NCBI GenBank assembly: GCA_963729625.1
Contig: CAVSOU010000010.1
Coordinates: 736,001 to 800,000 of the forward strand
Direction: 5' to 3'
Source of the DNA: an uncultured bacterium
GTDB taxonomy: Bacteria; Chloroflexota; UBA5177; JANWHV01
DNA: 64,000 nt
Positions 38,301-47,766 of the stretch are shown here, one piece after another (within the stretch, counting starts at the first letter, position 1; every line of letters begins with the position of its first letter). Below the pieces are notes generated by a model. The model worked only from the letters and a program-made list of their open reading frames with translations. It was not told the origin of the DNA and did not search any database. A program made the position numbers and the translations under genes.

Positions 38301-38966
38301 ATGACCAAAATACAGGTGTATGACCCACCGATGTGTTGCTCGACGGGTGTCTGTGGCCCAAACCCGGATCCCGTGCTGCCCCGCTTCGCGTCCGACCTGC
38401 AGTGGCTCGTCGGCCAGGGGGTGGTCGTCGAGCGCTACAACCTTTCCCAGCAGCCGCAGGCCTTCGTCGCGAATCCGGTGGTCAAAGCCGCGCTGACTGA
38501 GCAAGGTAACCAGTGTCTCCCGCTCCTCTTGGTCGACGGCGATGTCGTGAGCCGCGGAACCTATCCTGTACGAGAGGCGCTCGCACGCTTCACCAGCCTT
38601 CAGGAAAAGGACCTGTCGAGCCTATATACGCCTGCGGTGGCCGAGCTTGTCGCCATCGGCGCCGCCATCGCCGCAAATTGCGAGCCCTGCTTCAGATTCC
38701 ACTTTGAACAGGCCCGCACGCTCGGGGTCTCCACCGAAGACCTGGCCAGCGCCGTGAAGACAGCGCAGACGGTCAAGGACACGCCCGCGCAGTCGATCTT
38801 CGATCTGGCGCAACGCTTCTTGCGACCGAAGGCGGCACCGCTAGGCTTGCCCGTGCTGCAAGCGAGCTGCTGCGCTTCAGATGATGCCTCGTCCTCCGAC
38901 AGCTCAGGGTGCTGCTGCGCTTCGGATGAGACCTCGTCGCCCAGCGGTTCAGGCTGCTGCGCATGA
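38301..38966 (+). CDS. arsD: Arsenite metallochaperone ArsD fused to AhpD/CMD-like domain and Cys-rich tail
   Basis: YDPPMCCSTGVCG; ELVAIGAAIAANCEPC-x3-H; CC...CCC...CC tail. Confidence 0.9.
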   Translation: MTKIQVYDPPMCCSTGVCGPNPDPVLPRFASDLQWLVGQGVVVERYNLSQQPQAFVANPVVKAALTEQGNQCLPLLLVDGDVVSRGTYPVREALARFTSLQEKDLSSLYTPAVAELVAIGAAIAANCEPCFRFHFEQARTLGVSTEDLASAVKTAQTVKDTPAQSIFDLAQRFLRPKAAPLGLPVLQASCCASDDASSSDSSGCCCASDETSSPSGSGCCA

Positions 38967-40754
38967 TCGGCGTGGCGCATTTTCTCGACCACGCTACGCG
39001 GATCCTATTCTTTACCGGCAAGGGTGGGGTCGGCAAGACCTCGCTGTCGTGTGCCACGGCCATCGCCCTCGCGCGGCGCGGTAAGCGGGTGCTCCTGGTG
39101 AGCACCGATCCGGCCTCGAATCTCGACGAAGTGCTCGGCGTCCGGCTGTCCGGCGTGCCAACAGACGTGCCGGGTATCTCCGGCCTCGCCGCGCTGAATA
39201 TCGACCCGGAAGCCGCGGCACGCGTCTACCGGGAGCGGGTTGTCGGTCCGTATCGCGGCGTGCTGCCGGAAGCGACGGTAGCCAGCATGGAGGAGCAGCT
39301 TTCCGGGGCCTGCACCGTGGAGATTCGCCGCCTTCGACGAGTTCACCATGTTGCTGGGGGACAAGCAAGCCACAACCGCTTTCGACTACCTCATCTTCGA
39401 CACGGCGCCGACCGGGCACACCCTGCGACTGCTGAAGCTGCCTGCGGCCTGGACCGGGTTCATCGCCGAGAACACCACGGGGACATCCTGCCTGGGACCG
39501 CTGTCCGGCCTGCAGGCACAGCAGGCCCTGTACGAGGCGAGCTTCCGGACCCTTGGCGACCCCACGACGACGACGCTCGTGCTGGTCAGTCGGCCGGAGA
39601 CCTCCGCGCTGGCCGAAGCGGAGCGCACGCGGGCCGAGCTTGCTGCCATGGGGCTCACGAGCCAGTACCTGTTCCTCAATGCCGTCTTCACGGCATCGGA
39701 CACCACCGACGCCGCCGCATGCGCGCTGGAGGCCCGTGGTCTCGATGCGCACCAAAGTATGCCGGAATTGCTCGCCGCCCTGCCGCGTGTGGAGGTACCG
39801 TTACTTCCCTTTGCGCCTATGGGCGTCGCCAATCTCGGGCGTGTCTTCGGCGCGGACCCATCCGCGTCCGATCCTGCGGCCCCGATGCAGAGGGAGGCGC
39901 CCGATGTCACGGGATCGCTCGCTAAGCTGATCGACGCTATCGAGCAGCTGGGTCACGGCGTGGTAATGACCATGGGCAAGGGCGGCGTGGGCAAGACAAC
40001 GGTCGCGGCGGCCATCGCCGTCGAGCTGGCGCATCGCGGCCATCGGGTGCATTTGAGCACCACGGACCCTGCCGCACACGTGGCCGCGACCGTCGATGGC
40101 GGCGTGACAGGGCTTCAGGTCAGCCGCATCGACCCGGCGGCCGAGACGCGGCGGTATGCCGAGGAAGTCCTGGCCAGGTCGGCCCCCTATCTGGACGAGC
40201 AGGGCAAGGCGGTGCTGGAAGAAGATCTGCGCTCACCCTGCACGGAGGAGATCGCGGTCTTTCGCGCCTTCGCGGACATCGTAGCCTCCGGAGAGGACGG
40301 CCTCGTCGTGCTGGACACGGCGCCGACCGGCCACACGCTCTTGCTGCTCGACGCGGCCGAAGCGTACCACCGGGAGGTACTGCGTTCGATGAGCGACACG
40401 ACGGACGCCGTGCGGAACCTCCTGCCGCGCCTGCGCGACCCAGAGTTCTCCCGCGTGCTGCTGGTCACGCTGCCTGAAGCGACGCCGGTGCACGAGGCGG
40501 GTTCGCTCCAGGAAGACCTGCTGCGCGCCGGCATCACCCCCTTTGCCTGGGTGATCAACCAGAGTTTCTCCGGCAACGGCTTCCGCGACCCCATCCTGGT
40601 CGCGCGCGGTGTGCGCGAGCTTCCCTTCATCGAGGAGGTCGGCGCGCACCTGGCGTCCCGGCTGGCCCTGGTGCCGTGGAACGCCGAGGCACCGGTGGGA
40701 CCGGTGCGGCTCAGACGACTCGCCCAGGCCGAGCATGAGAAAGTGAGTGTGTGA
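38963..40754 (+). pseudogene. arsA: Arsenical pump-driving ATPase with +1 frameshift near 39326
   Basis: Two GKGGVGKT, two DTAPTGHT, SGACTVEI/AAFDEF split across frames. Confidence 0.9.
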
Positions 40755-40757
40755 CCG

Positions 40758-41894
40758 ATGGAACATACTTCCGCAGCGGAACGCGTCGCGACGAAGCGTC
40801 TGCAACAAGGTCACACGAAGAAGAAGCTTGGCGCCTTCGAACGCTACTTGACTGTGTGGGTGGCTCTCTGCATGGTCGCCGGCGTGCTCCTGGGCAAGGC
40901 CCTCCCCGGTATCGTCGACAACGTGCGAGGCATGGAGTTTGGCGGTGGCAGCCAGATCAGCGTGCCGATTGCCGTCCTGATCTGGCTGATGATCGTCCCC
41001 ATGATGATGCGCGTGGACTTCGCGGCCATTCGTGAGGTTGGGAAGCGGCCGCGCGGACTCTTCGTCACCCTCTTCGTCAACTGGCTGATCAAGCCGTTCT
41101 CCATGGCCCTGCTGGCCTGGCTGTTCTTCCGCTTCATCTTCTCAGCCTGGATCTCCACAGCCGATGCCGACCAGTACATCGCGGGTACCATCATCCTGGC
41201 CGCCGCGCCCTGCACTGCCATGGTCTTCGTCTGGAGCTACCTGACGGACGGCGACCCGGCCTATACACTGGTGCAGGTCTCCGTGAACGATCTGATCATG
41301 CTGGTGCTCTTCGCCCCCATCGTGCGCTTCCTGGTGAGTGGCGCCTCCAACCTGGCGGTGCCCTTCAACGTGCTGCTCTACGCGGTGGCCATCTACATCG
41401 TGATCCCGCTCACCGCCGGCGTGCTCTTGCGCCGCTGGTTCGTGGGCCGGCACGGCAAAGCTTGGTTCGAACAGCAGCTCCTGCCGCGCTTCGCACCGGT
41501 GACCATGGCCGCGCTGCTGGCGACCCTCGTACTGATCTTTGGCTTCCAAGCCGACAACATCACCGGCAAGTTTCAGGACGTGGTGCTGATCGCCATCCCT
41601 CTGGTGATTCAGGTCTACTTCAATTCGTCGCTCACCTACGGGCTGATGCGCGTGTTCAAGGTCGAGTATGCTGTGGCGGCACCCGGCGCCCTGATCGGAG
41701 CCAGCAACTTCTTCGAGCTGGCGGTGGCCACGGCGATCGCTCTCTACGGTCCGGGCTCCGGAGCCGCCCTGGCCACGGTCGTCGGCGTGCTCGTGGAGGT
41801 TCCGGTCATGCTATCGGTCTGCTCGGTCTGCAATCGCACACAGGGCTGGTTCCCGGCCCCGGCGCACGCTCGCTTCGGAAAGGAGGTTTCATAG
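40758..41894 (+). CDS. acr3: ACR3 family arsenite efflux transporter
   Basis: FERYLTVWV, NWLIKPFSM, APCTAMVFVW, GASNFFELAVA. Confidence 0.95.
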   Translation: MEHTSAAERVATKRLQQGHTKKKLGAFERYLTVWVALCMVAGVLLGKALPGIVDNVRGMEFGGGSQISVPIAVLIWLMIVPMMMRVDFAAIREVGKRPRGLFVTLFVNWLIKPFSMALLAWLFFRFIFSAWISTADADQYIAGTIILAAAPCTAMVFVWSYLTDGDPAYTLVQVSVNDLIMLVLFAPIVRFLVSGASNLAVPFNVLLYAVAIYIVIPLTAGVLLRRWFVGRHGKAWFEQQLLPRFAPVTMAALLATLVLIFGFQADNITGKFQDVVLIAIPLVIQVYFNSSLTYGLMRVFKVEYAVAAPGALIGASNFFELAVATAIALYGPGSGAALATVVGVLVEVPVMLSVCSVCNRTQGWFPAPAHARFGKEVS

Positions 41895-42087
41895 GGCATA
41901 TCCGCACCTGGTTGTCGGGGTTGTCACGCACCGGTGACGTTGCAGCGAAGGAATTTCAGCCGTGTTTTGCTCACTTGCTCCCAGGCTCCGGCTGCCGGCA
42001 CTGATTGCAGGGCTGGGTGGCTTCGCTCGCGTCGCGCGCATGAACCCCAACGCGCCCTCGATCGTCAGCGCTGGCTTCAATCCCATC

Positions 42088-42183
42088 GGTAGCGACGCCC
42101 AGGGCGAGCGTGTACAGTCTGATCACCCACTGGACGTCGCTGGTCGACGCTACATGCTTCTCCTGCAAGGCCCGCAGCGCCAC
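42088..42183 (-). repeat. 96-bp diverged copy of an internal segment of the MFS gene (63571-63666)
   Basis: VALRALQEKHVASTSDVQWVIRLYTLALGVAT vs VALRALQEKFVASTSDVQWVISLYTLALGVAT. Confidence 0.85.
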
Positions 42184-42325
42184 GAGTTCCTGCGATGCGC
42201 AGCTCATGGTGGTAGCAACCTACCTGCGAGGTGTGAGGCCTTGCTAGCCAGACCACTCACGTGGGCACGAGGATGGCCAGGCGGGCGGCAGCGGGTCAGC
42301 CGGCCGCCTGGTTACCGACTGCGCC

Positions 42326-42612
42326 CTACATGCCGTTCGACCTGGGGTCGTCGTCCAGCACGACCGCGCTGAGCTTCAGCGCGCCCGTGCCCTTGAATAG
42401 CCCAATGGCAACCACGGTGTAGTCATGGTCGGCCTTGAGCTGTACGCCACTCACCGTCAACACGGTGGTGGTGTCCGCACCGGCCGGATGAACCAGCACG
42501 GTATAGGTGCCGGTCGGTGCGCTGACCGGAGACATGGCGCGATTGGGGAAGGAGACGTCCTTGAAGATCAGCCCCGCCCCCTTGCCTCGATGTCCACGGC
42601 CGGCGCGAGAAG
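42326..42612 (-). pseudogene. DUF4397-like domain remnant
   Basis: APAVDI (shifted frame)...GTYTVLVHPAG...YTVVAIG. Confidence 0.55.
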
Positions 42613-42618
42613 AATTGC

Positions 42619-43680
42619 TCAGGCCCGTATCACCTCCATGTTGTCGTAGTCTTTCCAGCGGTAGATCGAGGTGGAAGTGATCCACGCCAAGGCGAAGATG
42701 GCGAGAATCACGAAGCCCATCTTGTTCAGGTCGATGTTGTTGGCGATGAACTTCCAGAATGGCCCGCCCAGGTCCATCTCCTGACCGATTACCTGCAGCG
42801 CCTCCAAGGCGCCGATCATCAGGGCCACGAGCACCGAGACCAGCGTGATGTTCAGGTTGTAGTAGAGCTTGCGGATTGGCTTGACGAAGGCCCAACCATA
42901 CGCGCCGAGCATCAAAATCGAATCGGTGGTATCGATCACCGTCATCCCGGCCAGGAACAGCAGGGGAAAGACCATGATAAAGAACACCGGTAGGTGCGTG
43001 GAGCCGCTGGTGGCCACGATGCCTAGCAGGCCAACCTCGGTTGCGGTGTCAAAGCCGAGCCCGAACAGCACCCCTACCGGGTACATCTTCCAGGAGGAGT
43101 CGACCTGACGGATGATGGGACGGAACAACCGCGCCAGCAGACCCCGACTTTGCAGATAGTCCTCTACCTTCTGCTCCTCATAGACGCCGCCCTGGGCCAC
43201 CTGCCGCCACATCTTGTAGATGTCGATCAGGACCAGGATGTTGATCGCGGCAATGAGGAGCAGGAACAGCGCCGAGACCGCGGTGCCAATCACCCCGATG
43301 TGGTTGGCAAGGTTGCCGCTGTTGACGTTGTCCCGTACCACCTTGAGCGAGAGAGCCAGCAGGAAGGAGATCACCAGCACGATGGTGGAATGGCCCAGGG
43401 AGAAGAAGACGCCCACCCCAACCGGTCGCTTGCCGTCCTGCATCAGCTTGCGCGTCACGTTGTCTATGGCGGCGATGTGGTCGGCGTCCACGGCATGGCG
43501 CAGGCCAAAGGTGTAGGCAGTGACGGCGGAGGCCAGAAAGAACGAGTATTGTGCCGAGGCCACGAAGGCAACCGCCCAGGCCGCCACATTCAGCAGCGCC
43601 AGGCCGCTGTAAAGCAACACGACCCGTCGCTTCGCGTCGGGCGGCAGGGCAGTAAAGACAGTGGCAAAGTTCTTGAGCAT
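42619..43680 (-). CDS. HoxN/HupN/NixA (NiCoT) nickel/cobalt transporter
   Basis: GLRHAVDADHIAAID, FFSLGHST, LFGLGFDTATE. Confidence 0.95.
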   Translation of the reverse strand: MLKNFATVFTALPPDAKRRVVLLYSGLALLNVAAWAVAFVASAQYSFFLASAVTAYTFGLRHAVDADHIAAIDNVTRKLMQDGKRPVGVGVFFSLGHSTIVLVISFLLALSLKVVRDNVNSGNLANHIGVIGTAVSALFLLLIAAINILVLIDIYKMWRQVAQGGVYEEQKVEDYLQSRGLLARLFRPIIRQVDSSWKMYPVGVLFGLGFDTATEVGLLGIVATSGSTHLPVFFIMVFPLLFLAGMTVIDTTDSILMLGAYGWAFVKPIRKLYYNLNITLVSVLVALMIGALEALQVIGQEMDLGGPFWKFIANNIDLNKMGFVILAIFALAWITSTSIYRWKDYDNMEVIRA

Positions 43681-43806
43681 GGATTCGATACCCTTCTGTT
43701 TCTTTGAAACGTCGCATGTGCCAAGCTATGCCTGGCTCGATGGGTGGCTGTTCCGACGTTGGCTCCACGAGTCCGCATGGTGCGTCCACCGTATCACCTT
43801 CTGGTT

Positions 43807-45150
43807 TCACCCGGTCGGTGTTTTCGCGCGCGTCCAGGACGTCCCGGCAGGTGTGTCCGCGATCACATAGCCCAGTCGCTCGAGCTGCTCGCGCACCCGA
43901 TCGGCCTCGGCCCACTGGCGACTGTCCCGGACAACGGCACGAGTCGAGACCAGCAGGTCCACCAGCAGCTGCGATTCCTGCCGCGCCTTCTCCGCGCCGT
44001 CTATGGCTTCAAGGAGCCGAACCAGGCCGGGGAGCGTTCCCTGCAGTGCCTGCACCGCCAGCTCAGCCCGGCCTGGCAGGGACTGCTCAAATCCGGAGCC
44101 GGCCAGCAAACTCAAAGCGATCAGGCCGTGCACGGCCTCGGGGATATCGCGCCTGGCAAAGGCTTGCTCCACGCGCACACGCGTGGCGAGAATATCGGCA
44201 TCCTGCGCGGCTTCGCCGTTCTCACGTGGCGGAACGACCATGGCCTGGTGGCTCACTGGGACTGCCTCTTCATCCGTGTGTGGGTGATGAAGAGCGAGAT
44301 GGTCACCGCGTGCGTAGACAGATTGGCGACCCGCAGTACGCAGAGTGACCCGGCCGGACCCAAGCACCTCGGCGTCCCGGTCAGGTCGAATGAACAGTGC
44401 GCTGTATTCGTCCAGGCCGAGGACGAGCGCGTCGGCGGGTAGCTGCTGCTCGAGCGTCTCGAAACGCGCTGCTCCCATGTAGCAGTAGCGCGTGTCGTGT
44501 TCGCCGCTCGCATTGTTCCAATGGGGCACCACAGCGAGCCGACGTTGGCCGGCAGCACCCAGCAGGTTCAACCCCTCAATCCACTCCGGGTCGTATCCGG
44601 CCTTGTAGATCTCATAGACGGGTATGGCCCAGGTCCCCACGCTGAGCGCGGCCGCGCTTGCGAACACCAGGAGCGCTCCCGCGCGCCAGCGTGCGACGAC
44701 CGCCTGCCAGACCGGGCTCTCGCGCAACACACGGATGGCGTAACTCGGGCTTCCTGGCCCGGCCAGAATGTAATTGGCCTGGCCGATCGCGCGCAGCGCA
44801 GCGCCCACGTCTTCGGCGCTTTCGCGACCGGAACGGTAGCGCGCAACTTCCAAGCTCAATCCGAAGTTGCGCCGAAAATACTCGACTGCCTTGTGGTCGA
44901 TGGCATCAATGTTAGACTCGAAGCCGGCCGGCGTATCGAGGAACACCGGCCGTACCGGGCTTTCGAGTCGTGCCATGAGCGCGCGGTGCGTCTCGGCCAT
45001 CGCATCGGCCAATTCACCGGACCCAATCAGGGCGATGGCACCGGAACCCTGCGTGAGTCGCGTGTCCGTGACGACCGGCAGGCGAGAGAGCTCGGGCGCG
45101 CCGTCACCAACCTCCGAAGCGCCCTCGAGATGCGGATGCTTGGTCACCAC
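43807..45150 (-). CDS. Peptidase S51/cyanophycinase-like protein with CysS-type C-terminal domain
   Basis: LIGSGE, GPGSPSY, ASAAA, VPHWNN, GLDE; tail R-x3-QWAEADRVREQL-x3-G-x3-DTP-x-GTSW. Confidence 0.75.
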   Translation of the reverse strand: MVTKHPHLEGASEVGDGAPELSRLPVVTDTRLTQGSGAIALIGSGELADAMAETHRALMARLESPVRPVFLDTPAGFESNIDAIDHKAVEYFRRNFGLSLEVARYRSGRESAEDVGAALRAIGQANYILAGPGSPSYAIRVLRESPVWQAVVARWRAGALLVFASAAALSVGTWAIPVYEIYKAGYDPEWIEGLNLLGAAGQRRLAVVPHWNNASGEHDTRYCYMGAARFETLEQQLPADALVLGLDEYSALFIRPDRDAEVLGSGRVTLRTAGRQSVYARGDHLALHHPHTDEEAVPVSHQAMVVPPRENGEAAQDADILATRVRVEQAFARRDIPEAVHGLIALSLLAGSGFEQSLPGRAELAVQALQGTLPGLVRLLEAIDGAEKARQESQLLVDLLVSTRAVVRDSRQWAEADRVREQLERLGYVIADTPAGTSWTRAKTPTG

Positions 45151-45312
45151 TCACATATCCTTCTGAATCGTCAACCTAGCGCGATGCGAGCGCGGCCGTG
45201 TCATTGCCAGGCGATGGCACGGCTGCTCGCTGAAAGAGTACCTGCGCTGCTCGGCGCCACATCCGGAGGCGCCGTAGGCGGGCTGCCAGCGAAGCTAGCC
45301 CGGCTCAGGCTG

Positions 45313-47469
45313 CTAGGCCGCCTCACCTTCCGCCACGAGGTCATCTTCCTCAGACAGATCCGCGGCGCCACGCGACGGCTGCACCCGCAGGAGCCGCGCC
45401 GGAAGGGACGGCAGCCACCAGTTCCACTGCCCAAACAGCGAGACCAGGGCGGGAACCAGCAGCATCCGAACCACGGTGGCGTCGAGTAGGACACCGGCTG
45501 CCAGGCCGGTGGCGAAGATCTTGATCGTCGTTTCGGGGCCGGAGCCGAGGGCGGCGAAAGCCAGGAAAAGAATCAGGGCGGCGCTCGTTACCAGCCTGCC
45601 CGTAGTGCCTACACCCCGCACCACCGCTCCGTTGGTCCGGCCGGTGGCGTTGTACTCCTCCCGCACCCGGGCCAGGATGAACACCTCGTAGTCCATGGAG
45701 ATGCCGAAGAGGAAGGCGAAGACCATCAGGGGGACGAAGCTGGTGATCGATCCGGTGGCCTGAATACCCCAGATGGCCTGTGAGCCGAATCCATCCTGCC
45801 AGACCAGCACCAGGATGCCCCAGGAGGCCGCCACCGAAACCAGCACAAGCACGACGGCCTTCAGGGGCAGAAGGATCGAGCGGAAGGCACGTGCAAGCAG
45901 GACGAACGTGACGAGCACAATCAAGCCGATCATCAGAGGGAAGCTGCCGTAGACCGCGGAGATGAAGTCGGCGTTCTCCGCACCGGCACCGCCAATGCTC
46001 ACGCTGCTGGATTCAGCGCGCGCCACCTGGCGCATCCGATCCAGCGTGCTCCGTCCGGCGTTGGAGCTGCCGTCCGCGGTTGGCAGGGCCACAACGAGCG
46101 AGGTGCCGCCTTGGCGCCACGCCGGACCTCCCGGCGCCACGGCGCCGCGGACCCCTGATGTCTGGCCAACCCTGAGAGCCACCGTCTGTGGGTTGGCGTT
46201 CGCTACCAGGATCTCGAAAGGATTGAGAGCGCCAGGCCCGATGCCGGCCTGTTCCAGGGCGGACAGACCCTGATAGGCCTCGCCTGCCTTGGCCAGTGAA
46301 TTCGCTTTCGGGTCGCCGATGTTGAGCGAGAGGGCGGGAATGGCCAGCGCGGCCAGGACACCGATCGCCAGCCCCGCCGCCAGCCACCGGCGGCGCACCA
46401 CCAGTGTGCCCCAGGCCGTCCAGAAGCGGTTCGTGCGCGGTTTGCTGCGCCGCGGCCAGTCGATGCGCGGTCCTACCGTCTTCAATACAACCGGCAGCAG
46501 GGTGGTGGCCACCAGCACGCTGACGAGCGGGATCAGCATGCCGCCGTAGCCGACGCTGCGCAGGAAGGGCAAGGGCAGTACCACCAGAGCCAGCAGGCCG
46601 ACTGCCACCGTCGTGCCGCTGAAGATCACGGCCGTCCCGGCAGTCTCCATGGCCCGCTGGACTGCCGCCGTGTTGTCGAGCCCACCAGCGCGCTCTTCGC
46701 GCCACCGCATCACGATGAGCAGCGAGTAGTCTATGGCGATGCCCAGCCCGATCAGCGCGACGAGGAATTCGACGATGAAAGACACATCGGTGACTCTGGT
46801 CAGACCCCAGATGAGCAGGAAGGTGGAGGGAATGGCGACGATTGCCATGACGATGGGCACAAGGGCCAGGAACGAGCCGAAGACGACGGCCAGCACGATC
46901 AGCGCCCCGATACCGCCCAGCATCGCCTCCACAAGCACGCTTGGGCCGCCGCCACCGCCACCGCTTTCCAGCGCGCTCGTGCCGGTGACGGCGAAGTGCG
47001 CGCCGGCAACGGTGAAGCGCGACAGTATGTGGCGGACGGTAGGTAGCGTCGCATCGGGCGCGAAGCCGACCGGCTGCGGTCCGTAGATGAGGCCGAAGGT
47101 GGTGTGCCCATCGGCGGAGACAAACAGCCTGCTGCCGGTCGACGCGTAGGAAACCACACGCGTACGACGTAACGCGGCCTGCACGGCGTCGAAGGCGGCG
47201 CTCAGCTGAGCGCGCACGCCCGGGCTGTCGACTGTCACGGAGGACGGCAATGTGATGACCGGGACAAGCGGAGGGGTCTGGCCGCCATTGTCGTATGTCT
47301 GCAGGATGCGTTGGTTCGTCTGATACCCTGCCCCGCCGGGGACGGAGAACTGGTAGGATAGCGCGTTGTTGGCCGACTGCAACGACAGGATCGCGGCGAC
47401 CGCGACGAGCAGCCAGAATATGGCGACAAACCTGCTGTGCGTGAGCATCCAGCGTGTGAATATGGCCAC
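45313..47469 (-). CDS. MMPL/RND family transporter
   Basis: GLGIAIDYSLL, FGISMDYEVF, DATVVRMLLVP; AAAGGAG RBS then GTG. Confidence 0.92.
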   Translation of the reverse strand: MAIFTRWMLTHSRFVAIFWLLVAVAAILSLQSANNALSYQFSVPGGAGYQTNQRILQTYDNGGQTPPLVPVITLPSSVTVDSPGVRAQLSAAFDAVQAALRRTRVVSYASTGSRLFVSADGHTTFGLIYGPQPVGFAPDATLPTVRHILSRFTVAGAHFAVTGTSALESGGGGGGPSVLVEAMLGGIGALIVLAVVFGSFLALVPIVMAIVAIPSTFLLIWGLTRVTDVSFIVEFLVALIGLGIAIDYSLLIVMRWREERAGGLDNTAAVQRAMETAGTAVIFSGTTVAVGLLALVVLPLPFLRSVGYGGMLIPLVSVLVATTLLPVVLKTVGPRIDWPRRSKPRTNRFWTAWGTLVVRRRWLAAGLAIGVLAALAIPALSLNIGDPKANSLAKAGEAYQGLSALEQAGIGPGALNPFEILVANANPQTVALRVGQTSGVRGAVAPGGPAWRQGGTSLVVALPTADGSSNAGRSTLDRMRQVARAESSSVSIGGAGAENADFISAVYGSFPLMIGLIVLVTFVLLARAFRSILLPLKAVVLVLVSVAASWGILVLVWQDGFGSQAIWGIQATGSITSFVPLMVFAFLFGISMDYEVFILARVREEYNATGRTNGAVVRGVGTTGRLVTSAALILFLAFAALGSGPETTIKIFATGLAAGVLLDATVVRMLLVPALVSLFGQWNWWLPSLPARLLRVQPSRGAADLSEEDDLVAEGEAA

Positions 47470-47593
47470 GTGAGCCCTTCTCCTTTGTGATCTGAGTCCG
47501 TAATTGGGCCGGCCTGACGCGCTTCGTGCCGCGTTGCCTTGTACGCGACGGTAGCAAGTGCCCGTGACGGCCGCCATCAACATTTCTAGGATC

Positions 47594-47622
47594 ATGATAG
47601 TTGACTAAGTTTTATTAGTCAA
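47594..47622 (-). promoter_or_regulatory. mmpL promoter with palindrome TTGACTAA-N6-TTAGTCAA
   Basis: TTGACT-17-TATCAT on minus strand; perfect 8-bp inverted repeat. Confidence 0.7.
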
Positions 47623-47766
47623 GCCTTCCAAGGTTCTAGAAGGTCGCAGCGTGCGCGTCCTATCCCGGTGTGACGGCCGCGGATGCTACAGGGCACGGAG
47701 AGCAGCCGCGTGCGCAGGAAGGAAGGGTTTCACCTGCCGGGCCGGCTTGGCCTTCGCGGCGCACCT

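Noticed and set aside
6562-41894. Possible selenocysteine (in-frame TGA) in redox or arsenic proteins
   Set aside because: The catalytic positions inspected all translate as Cys; no TGA read-through candidate seen
43681-43806. Cobalamin or NiCo riboswitch upstream of NiCoT
   Set aside because: The intergenic region is short and shows no B12-box or recognisable consensus
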